Positions 1 to 8,668 of a stretch of DNA of 20,000 bases are shown in pieces (the stretch's first letter is position 1; each line of letters opens with the position of its first letter). The stretch spans positions 48,247 to 68,246 of the forward strand of contig NZ_LSUQ01000011.1 in assembly GCF_001642725.1 (NCBI RefSeq). The letters run 5' to 3'. The translations under genes were made by a program, and so were the position numbers. The notes under the pieces were generated by a model. That model was not told the DNA's origin and made no database searches. It saw only the letters and a program-made list of their open reading frames with translations. This DNA comes from Ferroacidibacillus organovorans. Its GTDB lineage: Bacteria; Bacillota; Bacilli; Alicyclobacillales; SLC66.

Positions 1-879
1 AGAAGACGCGACAAGCGCTGCCGGATCGCCCGCGCGGCGCGCCACCTTCACAGCCGGGATCGGATGCCCCGTCACCTTGCGCGCCACCTCAATGACTTGA
101 TTTACGGAAAAGCCCTGCGCATTGCCGAGATTGAAGGACTCCGCCCCGCCTTCGCGACTGCGCAACCGCAAAACAGCGAGTCGGTGGGCGCTCGCCAAAT
201 CCGACACGTGAATGTAGTCGCGGATGCACGTTCCGTCCGGCGTAGGATAGTCATCGCCAAACACGGACACCGCCTCTCGCTGACCGAGCGCGACCTGCAG
301 CACGAGCGGGATGAGATGCGACTCTGGACGATGGTCCTCGCCGATCGGAAGCGTCGCGTGGGCACCCGCCGCATTGAAGTAGCGCAGGCGGACAGACTTT
401 AGCCCGTACGCCTGATAACACCAGTCCAGCATCTTTTCAATCGCCAGTTTCGTCTCGCCGTATGGATTCGTGGGCTCCTTCTTGGCAGACTCCTCAATCG
501 GCATCCGCTCAGGCTCTCCGTACACGGCGGCGGTCGATGAGAACACGATCCGCGAAACGCCCGCCTCCACCATGGCAGAGAGCAGCTTGGCGGTCGCGGC
601 AACGTTGTTTTCGTAGTATTTCAGCGGACTTTTTACACTCTCTCCGACGAGCGAATAGGCGGCAAAATGAACGACGGCATCCACATTGTGCTTTTTTAGC
701 ACCGCGATCATCTGCTCCGAATCGCGCAAGTCCATCGCATAAAATGGCGTGTCAAGCACCGCGCCCCTGTGCCCTGTGGTGAGGTTGTCAACCACCACCA
801 CCTCTTCCCCGTGTTCCTTGAGTTCCGCCACCGTGTGACTGCCGATGTACCCGGCCCCGCCCGTCACTAAAATCGCCAT
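1..879 (-). CDS. galE: UDP-glucose 4-epimerase, runs off the window start (3' end missing)
   Basis: Not in ORF track. Manual translation from ATG at 879 gives MAILVTGGAGYIGSHTVAELKEHGEEVVVVDNLTTGH (GGAGYIG Rossmann motif); GAGG RBS; follows galK. Confidence 0.96.
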   Translation of the reverse strand, partial: MAILVTGGAGYIGSHTVAELKEHGEEVVVVDNLTTGHRGAVLDTPFYAMDLRDSEQMIAVLKKHNVDAVVHFAAYSLVGESVKSPLKYYENNVAATAKLLSAMVEAGVSRIVFSSTAAVYGEPERMPIEESAKKEPTNPYGETKLAIEKMLDWCYQAYGLKSVRLRYFNAAGAHATLPIGEDHRPESHLIPLVLQVALGQREAVSVFGDDYPTPDGTCIRDYIHVSDLASAHRLAVLRLRSREGGAESFNLGNAQGFSVNQVIEVARKVTGHPIPAVKVARRAGDPAALVASS

Positions 880-902
880 CCTCTAACCCCCCGCCTCGAC
901 TT

Positions 903-2168
903 TTACTTGCCGCCGCACGAACCGTCACGCTCCATCTCGCGCGTGACCTCTTTGACTCCATCGCCGAGATCCGTGATGTAAAACGACGGCTCGTAACCGA
1001 TGATCCTTGTGTACTCTGCTCGCACTTCCGCGACAAACGCCTGCACGTAGTCATCCTGCACGAGATTCACGGTGCATCCACCAAACCCCGCGCCTGTCAT
1101 GCGCGCACCCATACAGCCCGGCGCGCGCCACGCGACCTCAGCCAAAGTGTCAAGCTCAAACCCCGTCACCTCATAATCATCCCGCAAAGAAACGTGCGAC
1201 GCATTCATCATCTGGCCAAACCATGCGATCTCGTTGCGGCGCAATACGTCCACCGCCTGCTTTGCCCGCTGGTTCTCCGTCACCACGTGGCGGGCGCGCT
1301 TGCGCAAAACCTCGCTTTCAAGTGTCGCCTCGAGCGTGGCATATTCCGCCTCGTCAAGATCAGCCAGATAGCGAATCCCTGGGCGCACGCGCTGCAGTTG
1401 ACGAAGCGCCTGCTCGCACTCGCCTCTGCGCTCGTTGTACTTCGAATCGGTCAAGCCGCGGCGCTTGTTTGTGTTGATGATCACTAAACGCACGCCCGCA
1501 ATCTGCATCGGAACTCGCTGGTAATCAAGCGTGTCACAATTCAGCGAGATGGCGTGGTCCGCCTTGCCAAGCGCCACCGCAAACTGGTCCATGATGCCAC
1601 AGTTGACCCCGACAAACTGGTTCTCAGCCGCCTGCGACATAAGCGCGAGGCGTTCCGGCGCAAGATCGGCCCCGAGCATTTCATTCAACATGAAAGCTGT
1701 GACAACCTCGATCGAGGCGGAACTCGAAAGACCCGCGCCACTCGGCAGGTTGCCAACGTAGAGCAGGTCAAGACCCGGAATGTCAAAACCTAGCTTCTGG
1801 AACTCACGGAGCACCCCTTTGGGGTAATTCGCATAGTCATCCTGCGCGCTGTAGTGAATCTCATCACTTGCGACCTCCACGACTTGCGAAAAGGAGGTCG
1901 ACGCGATGCGCACCAGCTTGTCACGGCGTACCCGAACGAAGACCCATGTGCCTAGATCAAGGGCTGCGGGCAAAACGTGACCGCCGTTGTAGTCCGTATG
2001 CTCACCAATCAGATTCACGCGCCCCGGCGCAAAGAACACGCGAACAGGCGCATCGCCTGTAATGTCTGGCTCAGGCGAAAAATCGAGAAACGTTTGCATA
2101 GCCTGCGCCAACTCATTTTGCAGCACTTCACTTGCTGTCTGACCCGCGAGACCGTTAGCATCCGTCAT
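903..2168 (-). CDS. galK: Galactokinase
   Basis: APGRVNLIGEHTDYNGG, GAGLSSSAS and GARMTGAGFGGC GHMP motifs. Confidence 0.97.
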   Translation of the reverse strand: MTDANGLAGQTASEVLQNELAQAMQTFLDFSPEPDITGDAPVRVFFAPGRVNLIGEHTDYNGGHVLPAALDLGTWVFVRVRRDKLVRIASTSFSQVVEVASDEIHYSAQDDYANYPKGVLREFQKLGFDIPGLDLLYVGNLPSGAGLSSSASIEVVTAFMLNEMLGADLAPERLALMSQAAENQFVGVNCGIMDQFAVALGKADHAISLNCDTLDYQRVPMQIAGVRLVIINTNKRRGLTDSKYNERRGECEQALRQLQRVRPGIRYLADLDEAEYATLEATLESEVLRKRARHVVTENQRAKQAVDVLRRNEIAWFGQMMNASHVSLRDDYEVTGFELDTLAEVAWRAPGCMGARMTGAGFGGCTVNLVQDDYVQAFVAEVRAEYTRIIGYEPSFYITDLGDGVKEVTREMERDGSCGGK

Positions 2169-3177
2169 GGTCGAATTCCTCCCCTCGTTTGAGAATGGCT
2201 GCGCGAAGCTGTGGCGCAGTGTCTTCCACTGCGAGCGGGTTGCATGGCGCCCACGCTCCAGACTCGGATGAGGCGAGATACTTTACCCTGTCTTTTGAAC
2301 GCAGCGGCGGGTAAAACTCGATGTGAAAATGATAGAATTCACGAGCATCCGGGAAATGCCCCGTCGGCGCGGTCGCGTTTGCCACATCCTGGTTCACAGG
2401 GCTTTGATGCAGCACCATCATGTAGGGGAATTCGCGGTCGAACAGCGCATCCATGCCCGCCGTCACACGTTTTAACATCTTGGCGAGATCGTCCCGCTCT
2501 TCACTTGTGAATTGAAGGAGATTCGACGTGTGCGACTTGCTGGAGATGAACGCGCCATACGGATAATCCGTAAAAAAGGGGATATAGCTCACAAACGAAT
2601 CCGTTTCCAAAAGCATTCTCTGCTGAAATGACGTCTCTTCTCGGTTGATATCGCAGATCAGGCAGGATCCTGTCGCAGTGTGATGGTCGCGGCAAGCTTC
2701 CAGCTCAACGCGAATCTTTTGCGGCACGTAAGGGTACGCATAGATTTGTCCGTGTGGGTGCGGCATGGTGACGCCAACCTCCGGCCCGCGATTCTCGAAA
2801 ATCAGGATGTATTGATGAGCAGGATCTTGTGCTAATGCCGCAAACCGCTCCGCCCACAAATCGACCAGTTTGCGCAGATGGGAAACGGAAAGCTGTGCGA
2901 GCGACGCGTGATGATCTGGAGAATAGAGGATGACTTCACATTTCCCGTACGCCTCTGCCGTTTGATAAAGCCCTGTGGCTACATCGTCCGGTTGTGGCGG
3001 GTGCTGCGACAATGCGGGGAAGTCATTGTCATACTGGTAAACGTCATAGTCTTCTGGAACCTTGCCCGAGCCGGGACAAAACGGGCAATCGTCCTTTGGC
3101 ATCTGCGGACGTCCCTGCCGATTGGATGCCACCATGGTCCAGTCTTTTAGCAATGGATTGTAGCGCAGTTCGGCCAC
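2155..3177 (-). CDS. galT: Galactose-1-phosphate uridylyltransferase (class I)
   Basis: ELRYNPL, CPFCPG, FENRG and the HPHGQ catalytic motif; AAAGGAGG RBS before GTG; overlaps galK start. Confidence 0.95.
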   Translation of the reverse strand: MAELRYNPLLKDWTMVASNRQGRPQMPKDDCPFCPGSGKVPEDYDVYQYDNDFPALSQHPPQPDDVATGLYQTAEAYGKCEVILYSPDHHASLAQLSVSHLRKLVDLWAERFAALAQDPAHQYILIFENRGPEVGVTMPHPHGQIYAYPYVPQKIRVELEACRDHHTATGSCLICDINREETSFQQRMLLETDSFVSYIPFFTDYPYGAFISSKSHTSNLLQFTSEERDDLAKMLKRVTAGMDALFDREFPYMMVLHQSPVNQDVANATAPTGHFPDAREFYHFHIEFYPPLRSKDRVKYLASSESGAWAPCNPLAVEDTAPQLRAAILKRGEEFDHDGC

Positions 3178-3237
3178 GGTAGCCCCTCCTTTCTAAATAA
3201 CGTGGGAGAACCGATCCCCCCACCTCAGCGCGCAAAT

Positions 3238-4119
3238 TTACGTGTCATCCGTCTCTGCACGCGCGATGATGACTTCTGGCCCGCGTCGGCGAAGTTCCGC
3301 AATCTCCGCTGCGTGCGGATCTGAGTCCCCGTCTTTTTCAGCAGATGCGTCTGTAATCACCACATCCACCTCATCCAGCATGGCGAGATGGGCGAATCCG
3401 CGCACCCCCCACTTGGTGTGATCAAACAGCAATACGGACGTCTCCGCCCTCTCCATTAAAACGCGATGGACAGACGCTTCTTGCAGATTGGGCGAACTAA
3501 CGCCGAATTCCAGATCCACGCCGTGCGCGCCAAGAAAGAGCAGGTCTGCGTGCAATTGGCGAGCGCTCTGCTCGGCAAGCGGCCCAACCAGCGCATCAGA
3601 CGGCGTGCGAAATTGTCCCCCCGTCAAGTGAATGTCACGCCAGCCATTGGCCTGAAGCGCGATGGCGATGTTGGTCGAATTCGTCACGAACGTGAGGGAC
3701 TCCCGTTTCATGCGCGCCTGGCTGCGACGTTCTTTCACCTCACGCTGTGCGACCGGTGTGCCCGAACCTGTCGCCAACGACTCGGGCTTGATCCACTTGG
3801 CGAGCGTCCAAGTCGTGGTTCCCGCCGACATGCTAATCGTCATGCCAGGCTCGATCAAGGATAATGCCTGCTTGGCAATGGCGGTCTTTTCGGCTTGTTG
3901 GAGCACGCGCTTGTTCATAAACGCCAGCTCGCTCGTGCTTTTCGCGGCGCGTCCCCCACCCGCCACTTTTTCCACCATGCCTTGCCGCTGCAACATCGTG
4001 AGATCGCGGCGGATTGTGATCTCCGAGACGTTGAGTTGCGCCGCCAGATCCTGAATCGATACAAAGCCTTTTTGACTCAACACGCGGAGAAGCGCGTCGT
4101 GACGCTCTGTCGGATACAT
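3238..4119 (-). CDS. DeoR/GlpR-family transcriptional regulator of the gal operon
   Basis: VSEITIRRDL HTH plus DeoR C-terminal domain (AGTTT, VTNS, LTGG); start moved to ATG 4119, which has a GAGGAGG RBS. Confidence 0.92.
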   Translation of the reverse strand: MYPTERHDALLRVLSQKGFVSIQDLAAQLNVSEITIRRDLTMLQRQGMVEKVAGGGRAAKSTSELAFMNKRVLQQAEKTAIAKQALSLIEPGMTISMSAGTTTWTLAKWIKPESLATGSGTPVAQREVKERRSQARMKRESLTFVTNSTNIAIALQANGWRDIHLTGGQFRTPSDALVGPLAEQSARQLHADLLFLGAHGVDLEFGVSSPNLQEASVHRVLMERAETSVLLFDHTKWGVRGFAHLAMLDEVDVVITDASAEKDGDSDPHAAEIAELRRRGPEVIIARAETDDT

Positions 4120-4252
4120 CGACGACCCCCTCCTCTCCATCTGCGCACGCTAATCTATGGCGCACGACCAAACGGCGAACTCGGCGCGGCGTATGGCGAA
4201 TCGGCGCAGCGTGGCCCCACGTTTCGCGAAAACAAACTTTGCGCTCGATGGC

Positions 4253-4305
4253 TCAATCATTGAATGATCTTATATTATCATTTTTTGATCAACACATTCG
4301 ATCGT
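4253..4305 (-). promoter_or_regulatory. AT-rich gal promoter region with phased ATC(A/G) repeats, candidate DeoR operators
   Basis: AATCAT 4255, TGATCT 4265, TTATCA 4275, TGATCA 4286, CGATCG 4299 (10/10/11/13-bp spacing). Confidence 0.5.
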
Positions 4306-5017
4306 TTTTGAAAATATTTTGCACGCTCCCTGCCAGTTCCCATTCCAGTCCCAGTTCTCTCTTGAAAGCCTCGAATCCTTTGCGTGTCACGCTTACAGCG
4401 CGCCCGCCTGGGACCCGTTCGATCCACAGAAGCTCAAACAACCGATGGGCCATCGCGGCTCCGAGCGCCCCCGCAATGTGGTGCCGCCGCTCACTCCAGT
4501 CCAGACACTGCCGGGCAAAATGGCGTCTGCCACTTCGAAGCTGCTCTGTGTCAACGCCGAATGATTGAAACCACGTTTCACCTTCGGATGACACCGTGAA
4601 ATCTCGATGATTCTCAAGCAAAAACCCCAGTTCCACCATCCGTTCAGTAAGCGCGACACCAACCTCCCCCGCCAGGTGGTCATAGCACGTGCGAGCAAAG
4701 TGCAGAGTCTTGGTTTGATCCGACTCGCGAAGCGAGCGGACAGGCTTGGACGGAGAGATCGCGCAAAGCGCCTCCAAGGCATGACCTATCTCTTGGTTTG
4801 CGAGTCGATAATAACGGTGGCGGCCATGTGATTCTTGAAGCAAAAGACCACCCTCTACCATTTTCGCGAGATGTGAACTCGCCGTTTGTGGTGTAATGCC
4901 TGCGGCGCGCGCCAGTTCACTGGCAGGCATCGCCTTGCCCCCGAGGAGGCGCATCAACATCTCTGCCCTAGAGGCATCTCCGATCAAAGAGGCAATTTCA
5001 ACGACGTTTGGGGTCAT
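4289..5017 (-). CDS. ArsR/SmtB-family regulator (YdfF-like)
   Basis: ITPQTASSHLAKM HTH, GRHRYYRLA, ARTCYDHLAG, CLDWSERRHH; alternative GTG start at 5029. Confidence 0.9.
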   Translation of the reverse strand: MTPNVVEIASLIGDASRAEMLMRLLGGKAMPASELARAAGITPQTASSHLAKMVEGGLLLQESHGRHRYYRLANQEIGHALEALCAISPSKPVRSLRESDQTKTLHFARTCYDHLAGEVGVALTERMVELGFLLENHRDFTVSSEGETWFQSFGVDTEQLRSGRRHFARQCLDWSERRHHIAGALGAAMAHRLFELLWIERVPGGRAVSVTRKGFEAFKRELGLEWELAGSVQNIFKNDRMC

Positions 5018-5070
5018 CCCCGTTTGCACCCCTTCTTTTTATCTCATCCTATCCGAATCATACATCCACG

Positions 5071-5088
5071 ATTCGATGATAATCGAAT
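5071..5088. promoter_or_regulatory. Palindromic operator ATTCGAT-N4-ATCGAAT between the divergent ArsR and flavin reductase genes
   Basis: Perfect 7-4-7 inverted repeat between -10-like hexamers TACAAT (+, 5100) and TATGAT (-, 5062). Confidence 0.75.
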
Positions 5089-5143
5089 GCTTATCGCTTT
5101 ACAATGAAGGGGACAGACAAACACGCACAGGAGGCGGACCGTT

Positions 5144-5761
5144 ATGCACGTTCAAGAAGAAATGACGAAGACGAGAACGATTCACCCAAAGATCTTGTAT
5201 TTTGGGACACCTGTGGTGCTCCTCACGACCCTTCAAGAAGACGGGACAAGCAACATCACACCGATGTCCTCCGCGTGGGCGCTTGGCAATCGCATCATTC
5301 TGGGGCTCGGTGAAGGAGGCCAAGGGCTTGTCAATCTGCGACGGCATAAAGAGTGTGTCGTCAACATCCCCAGCCCCGATCTGTGGCCTCAAGTCGAGGT
5401 GTTGGCGCCCCTGACCGGGGCAAATCCAGTCCCCGCGCATAAAAAGGGGGTCTTTCGATATGAAAAGGACAAATTTGCGGCGTCCGGTCTGTCTGCCATC
5501 CCCTCCCATCGTGTGGCGCCCAGCCGAATCGCCGAATGTCCGCTGCAAATCGAGGCAAGCGTGGTGAATCTTCGCGTGACAGGAGAAGATACCCGATTTG
5601 CAATCATTGAAACAGAAGCGGTATTGATTCACGCGCACGAGCGCATCATCATCGATGACACGCACATTGACCCATTAAAGTGGAGTCCACTGATCTACAA
5701 TTTTCGTCACTATTTTGGTCTTGGCGAACAAAGAGGTAAGACGTTTCGCGCAGAGGTTTGA
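5144..5761 (+). CDS. Flavin reductase-like FMN-binding protein (YdfE-like)
   Basis: PKILYFGTPVVL, NITPMSSAW, ECVVNIP, IAECPLQIE; AGGAGG RBS. Confidence 0.88.
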   Translation: MHVQEEMTKTRTIHPKILYFGTPVVLLTTLQEDGTSNITPMSSAWALGNRIILGLGEGGQGLVNLRRHKECVVNIPSPDLWPQVEVLAPLTGANPVPAHKKGVFRYEKDKFAASGLSAIPSHRVAPSRIAECPLQIEASVVNLRVTGEDTRFAIIETEAVLIHAHERIIIDDTHIDPLKWSPLIYNFRHYFGLGEQRGKTFRAEV

Positions 5762-5809
5762 GAATGCAGCTTGCAAATCCATGGTTCCGCCATGGCGTCT
5801 CCTGCTGGC

Positions 5810-7156
5810 TCACGCTAACTGCTGAACCCAATTGCGTGTCCTTCGATACCACAGAAAGAGTCCTGCACGCAACGCGTTATCTGCAGCAATGCTGACCCAC
5901 ACGGCTGGCAAGCCAAAGCCGAGGCGCCAGGCAAAGAGGTACACACCCAGTGTCCGAACACCCCAAATGCCAATCATCGTAGTGATCATGGGAAACTTGC
6001 TGTTGCCTCCGGCTTGAATGGCGGATGTGTCTACCAAGACGGCCGCCAAAAAAGGCTGGGAAAAGACATCGATGGCAAGGATGATGAACAGCAGGTGTAT
6101 GACATGTGGGTTGTGTGTGAATAAAAGGCCGATCCAAGGACTTAACACACACAAAAGAACGGCAACCGCTGTCATGGATACTGCCGACTCCATGTAGCTA
6201 AAGCGTCGATACATCCTCACATCAGATTCATTGCCGCTTCCAATGGCTTGTCCGATCGTGGCTGTGGTTGCGACAGCAAATCCGTTTCCAATTGCCGATC
6301 CGAATGTCGTGATGGTTCCTGCAATATTGTGTGTTGCATACACATCAATACCCATCCGCACGATGAGTCCAAAATATACGACTTGCCCAAGGCGCATGGA
6401 AAGGCGTTCCAATGCGGCAGGAATCGCAAATTGTGTCATACTCCAGCCGAGCGAGGTTGACAACTTCAAGTCTGAAACGCGCAAGGTGAGTGAGTCCACG
6501 CTACGGGATTTTTGCCAAAGGCGAATCAGAGCGTAAAGACGCGCGAGCACCATGGCGATGGCCGCGCCCTTGATGCCGAATCCGTGAAACGGTCCCACCC
6601 CGAAAATCAGCACATAATCAAATACAACGTGCAGACCGTTCATTTCAAGTCCCACACGAAATGGGGTCTTGGTGTCGCCAATAGCCCGAAATGCCGCCGA
6701 CTGCGCAGTAAACAACGCGATAAATGGAGAGATTCCAAGTACAACTGAAAAATACGGGAGTGCCGTACTCTGCAGAGTCCCTTGAGCGCCCATGACATGC
6801 AGCAGCGGTACCGCGAAAAAGAGGGAGATAAGCGAAGCGAAGAGGCCGATGATGAATGCAATGACAAAACCATGCCAAATCACTGAATGACTTCGTTCTT
6901 TGTTTTTCGCGCCAACCGCGCGGGACAAAAAGACCGAAAGCGCCGCCGACACCGCCGTAAACACACCAATGTAGGTCATACTGTAGACATTGGTCACACC
7001 CACTGCATCAATCGCGATAAGTCCCAGCTTCGCAATAAAGAAGGTGTCAACAACACCCAATAAATTCTGCAGATACGCCTCTCCAATGGCAGGCAATGCA
7101 ATATTGAACACCTGTTTAGCTTGAGTTGGGATTCGAGTGGCCAAACCCATACGCAT
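5810..7156 (-). CDS. MATE-family efflux transporter
   Basis: About 12 hydrophobic segments; VDTFFIAKLG, RAIGDTKTPF, GIKGAAIA motifs. Confidence 0.92.
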   Translation of the reverse strand: MRMGLATRIPTQAKQVFNIALPAIGEAYLQNLLGVVDTFFIAKLGLIAIDAVGVTNVYSMTYIGVFTAVSAALSVFLSRAVGAKNKERSHSVIWHGFVIAFIIGLFASLISLFFAVPLLHVMGAQGTLQSTALPYFSVVLGISPFIALFTAQSAAFRAIGDTKTPFRVGLEMNGLHVVFDYVLIFGVGPFHGFGIKGAAIAMVLARLYALIRLWQKSRSVDSLTLRVSDLKLSTSLGWSMTQFAIPAALERLSMRLGQVVYFGLIVRMGIDVYATHNIAGTITTFGSAIGNGFAVATTATIGQAIGSGNESDVRMYRRFSYMESAVSMTAVAVLLCVLSPWIGLLFTHNPHVIHLLFIILAIDVFSQPFLAAVLVDTSAIQAGGNSKFPMITTMIGIWGVRTLGVYLFAWRLGFGLPAVWVSIAADNALRAGLFLWYRRTRNWVQQLA

Positions 7157-7173
7157 CTTCCTTTCCGCGCCCC

Positions 7174-7191
7174 TCTTGAACTAGTTCAAGA
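7174..7191. repeat. Perfect 18-bp palindrome TCTTGAACTAGTTCAAGA
   Basis: Read directly; lies between the DUF925 remnant stop and the MATE RBS. Confidence 0.85.
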
Positions 7192-7207
7192 CATTTTTCC
7201 ACGTCTG

Positions 7208-7399
7208 TCACGGATGGATGATCCGAAGCCGCTGCCATTTTTCACACCAATCCTTTGTCGCTACCCGGTCATCATAAATCTTTTGTTTATTCCCCGATAT
7301 GAAAAAAGGAGTTGGACGAACAATTAAGTTTACCAAATCATCAACTCCATACGGCGCAACCAACTCCACCTGACCATCGTTGTCCAAATAAGCTCCGAT
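7208..7399 (-). pseudogene. C-terminal fragment of a DUF925-type nucleotidyltransferase family protein
   Basis: IGAYLDNDGQVELVAPYGVDDLVNLIVRPTP...YDDRVATKDWCEKW; N-terminal part absent. Confidence 0.75.
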
Positions 7400-7547
7400 G
7401 TATAGTTCCCAGCACCACAAACCACATCTAAAACTTGATCTTGATTACGTACCTGTAGATGTTGTCTGAGCCTATGTACAATCTCTGAATCGGCTTTGCG
7501 CGGGTATCGTAGATCTTACCGATCTCGTCGAATAGCTCACTCAACAT
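7400..7547 (-). pseudogene. N-terminal fragment of a class I SAM-dependent methyltransferase, frameshifted and truncated
   Basis: GGGGGG RBS, ATG 7547: MLSELFDEIGKIYDT / frameshift / RKADSEIVHRLRQHLQVRNQDQVLDVVCGAGNYT (motif I). Confidence 0.75.
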
Positions 7548-7597
7548 ACTTCCCCCCAACTTCATAACCCTGCAACCCACTCAATGACCATCACATT

Positions 7598-8134
7598 CTA
7601 AGCGAGGTCAATGTCCTCAAATAGTATATACGTGTTCTTTTCGATTTCCTGAAAGACACGAATGAAATCAACTGAGAAAGTCGGGAATGGAAAAAGAGTT
7701 ATCGACGCAAATGACCTCATTTCGCTGATTTCCTCTGAACTCATACCCCAATGGGTTTGTCCTAACGTTAGATGCGGGATGAATCGTTCCATCTCCATAT
7801 ACTGTTTCATAACTTCTGGTGGCGGTGAAACAGCTTCAACAAGCCGCTCGTGGAAGTCGTGAATTTCAGAGGATTCCACACTTAAATAGGCAACAGCCTC
7901 ACCAAAAGTTTTAGGTTGATCAATCGATACTGTGAATCGCGGAAATGATGCACAGGTACGTTTAATTGACTCCAGCCAGCGCAAATCGTCACCCAATCCG
8001 CTCTGCGCTTTGACGGTAATGTGGGGTTCGGCGACTTCCCATGTCCGATTGCTTTGCCACCTCTTCTGAAACTCGACAATCCTTTCTTTATAATCCGTTG
8101 GTGGAACGATTCCGACAAAATACTGCACCGTCAT
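7598..8134 (-). CDS. 2H phosphoesterase (2'-5' RNA ligase family)
   Basis: Two HxT motifs, PHITV and PHLTL; start reassigned to ATG 8134. Confidence 0.87.
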   Translation of the reverse strand: MTVQYFVGIVPPTDYKERIVEFQKRWQSNRTWEVAEPHITVKAQSGLGDDLRWLESIKRTCASFPRFTVSIDQPKTFGEAVAYLSVESSEIHDFHERLVEAVSPPPEVMKQYMEMERFIPHLTLGQTHWGMSSEEISEMRSFASITLFPFPTFSVDFIRVFQEIEKNTYILFEDIDLA

Positions 8135-8166
8135 ACCCCCGTCTATTTTTAACCGCCGAATAGAAA

Positions 8167-8199
8167 TCAAGGAGGGATGTGACGCCCTCCCCTCCTTGA
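8167..8199 (-). terminator. Probable intrinsic terminator
   Basis: TCAAGGAGGG...CCCTCCTTGA 10-bp stem followed by TTTCTATT on the minus strand, just after the stop at 8211. Confidence 0.6.
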
Positions 8200-8210
8200 G
8201 CAAATGGCAT

Positions 8211-8662
8211 TTACGACTTGCTGGCCACCATCATCATTTCAAAGTCGTCAATGGTAAGTGGCTTACGTTCAAATTTCCTTGTTGCGCAACCAAAACCAGC
8301 ATCGACTTCAAAGCAAGAATGCTCCTTCACATAAACAAATTGCCGCATCGAACTCAGGCTCGAACTGCATCCGTTTGGCATCTTGAACATGAAATTCCGC
8401 ACTGAGATTTTCCACGTCAGACGTTTTATTTGCAATGACGACAAAGCATTCCGAGATGTCTATGCAACGGTGCAAAATCCACGACGAGCCAATTCCAAAC
8501 TGTGCCGTCCTGCACCACAGCCAACATCCAAAATTCTGGAACCGACGGGTAAGTTCAACAACTTCATCAGAAAATCAACTTCTTGAACGCTTCCCTTCGC
8601 AAACCCATACTCAAGATAGTTTCCGCCTAAAAAATCTCCTATCGAACGGTAAAATGTGCCAT
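8211..8662 (-). pseudogene. Class I SAM-dependent methyltransferase pseudogene (two frameshifts plus an apparent internal deletion)
   Basis: MAHF/YRSIGDFLGGNYLEYGFAKGSVQEVDFL...RILDVGCGAGRHSLELARRGF..TV/IDIS...FDAAICLCEGAF // FEVDAGFGC...DDFEMMMVASKS*. Confidence 0.82.
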
Positions 8663-8668
8663 ATACCC

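Noticed and set aside
64..1054. Short ORF-track calls in the first kilobase
   Set aside because: Explained by galE (879 to the window edge) and the galK end
8135..8166. Cassette-site motif upstream of the 2H phosphoesterase gene
   Set aside because: CTATTCGGCGGTTAAAAATAG is too weak a match to count
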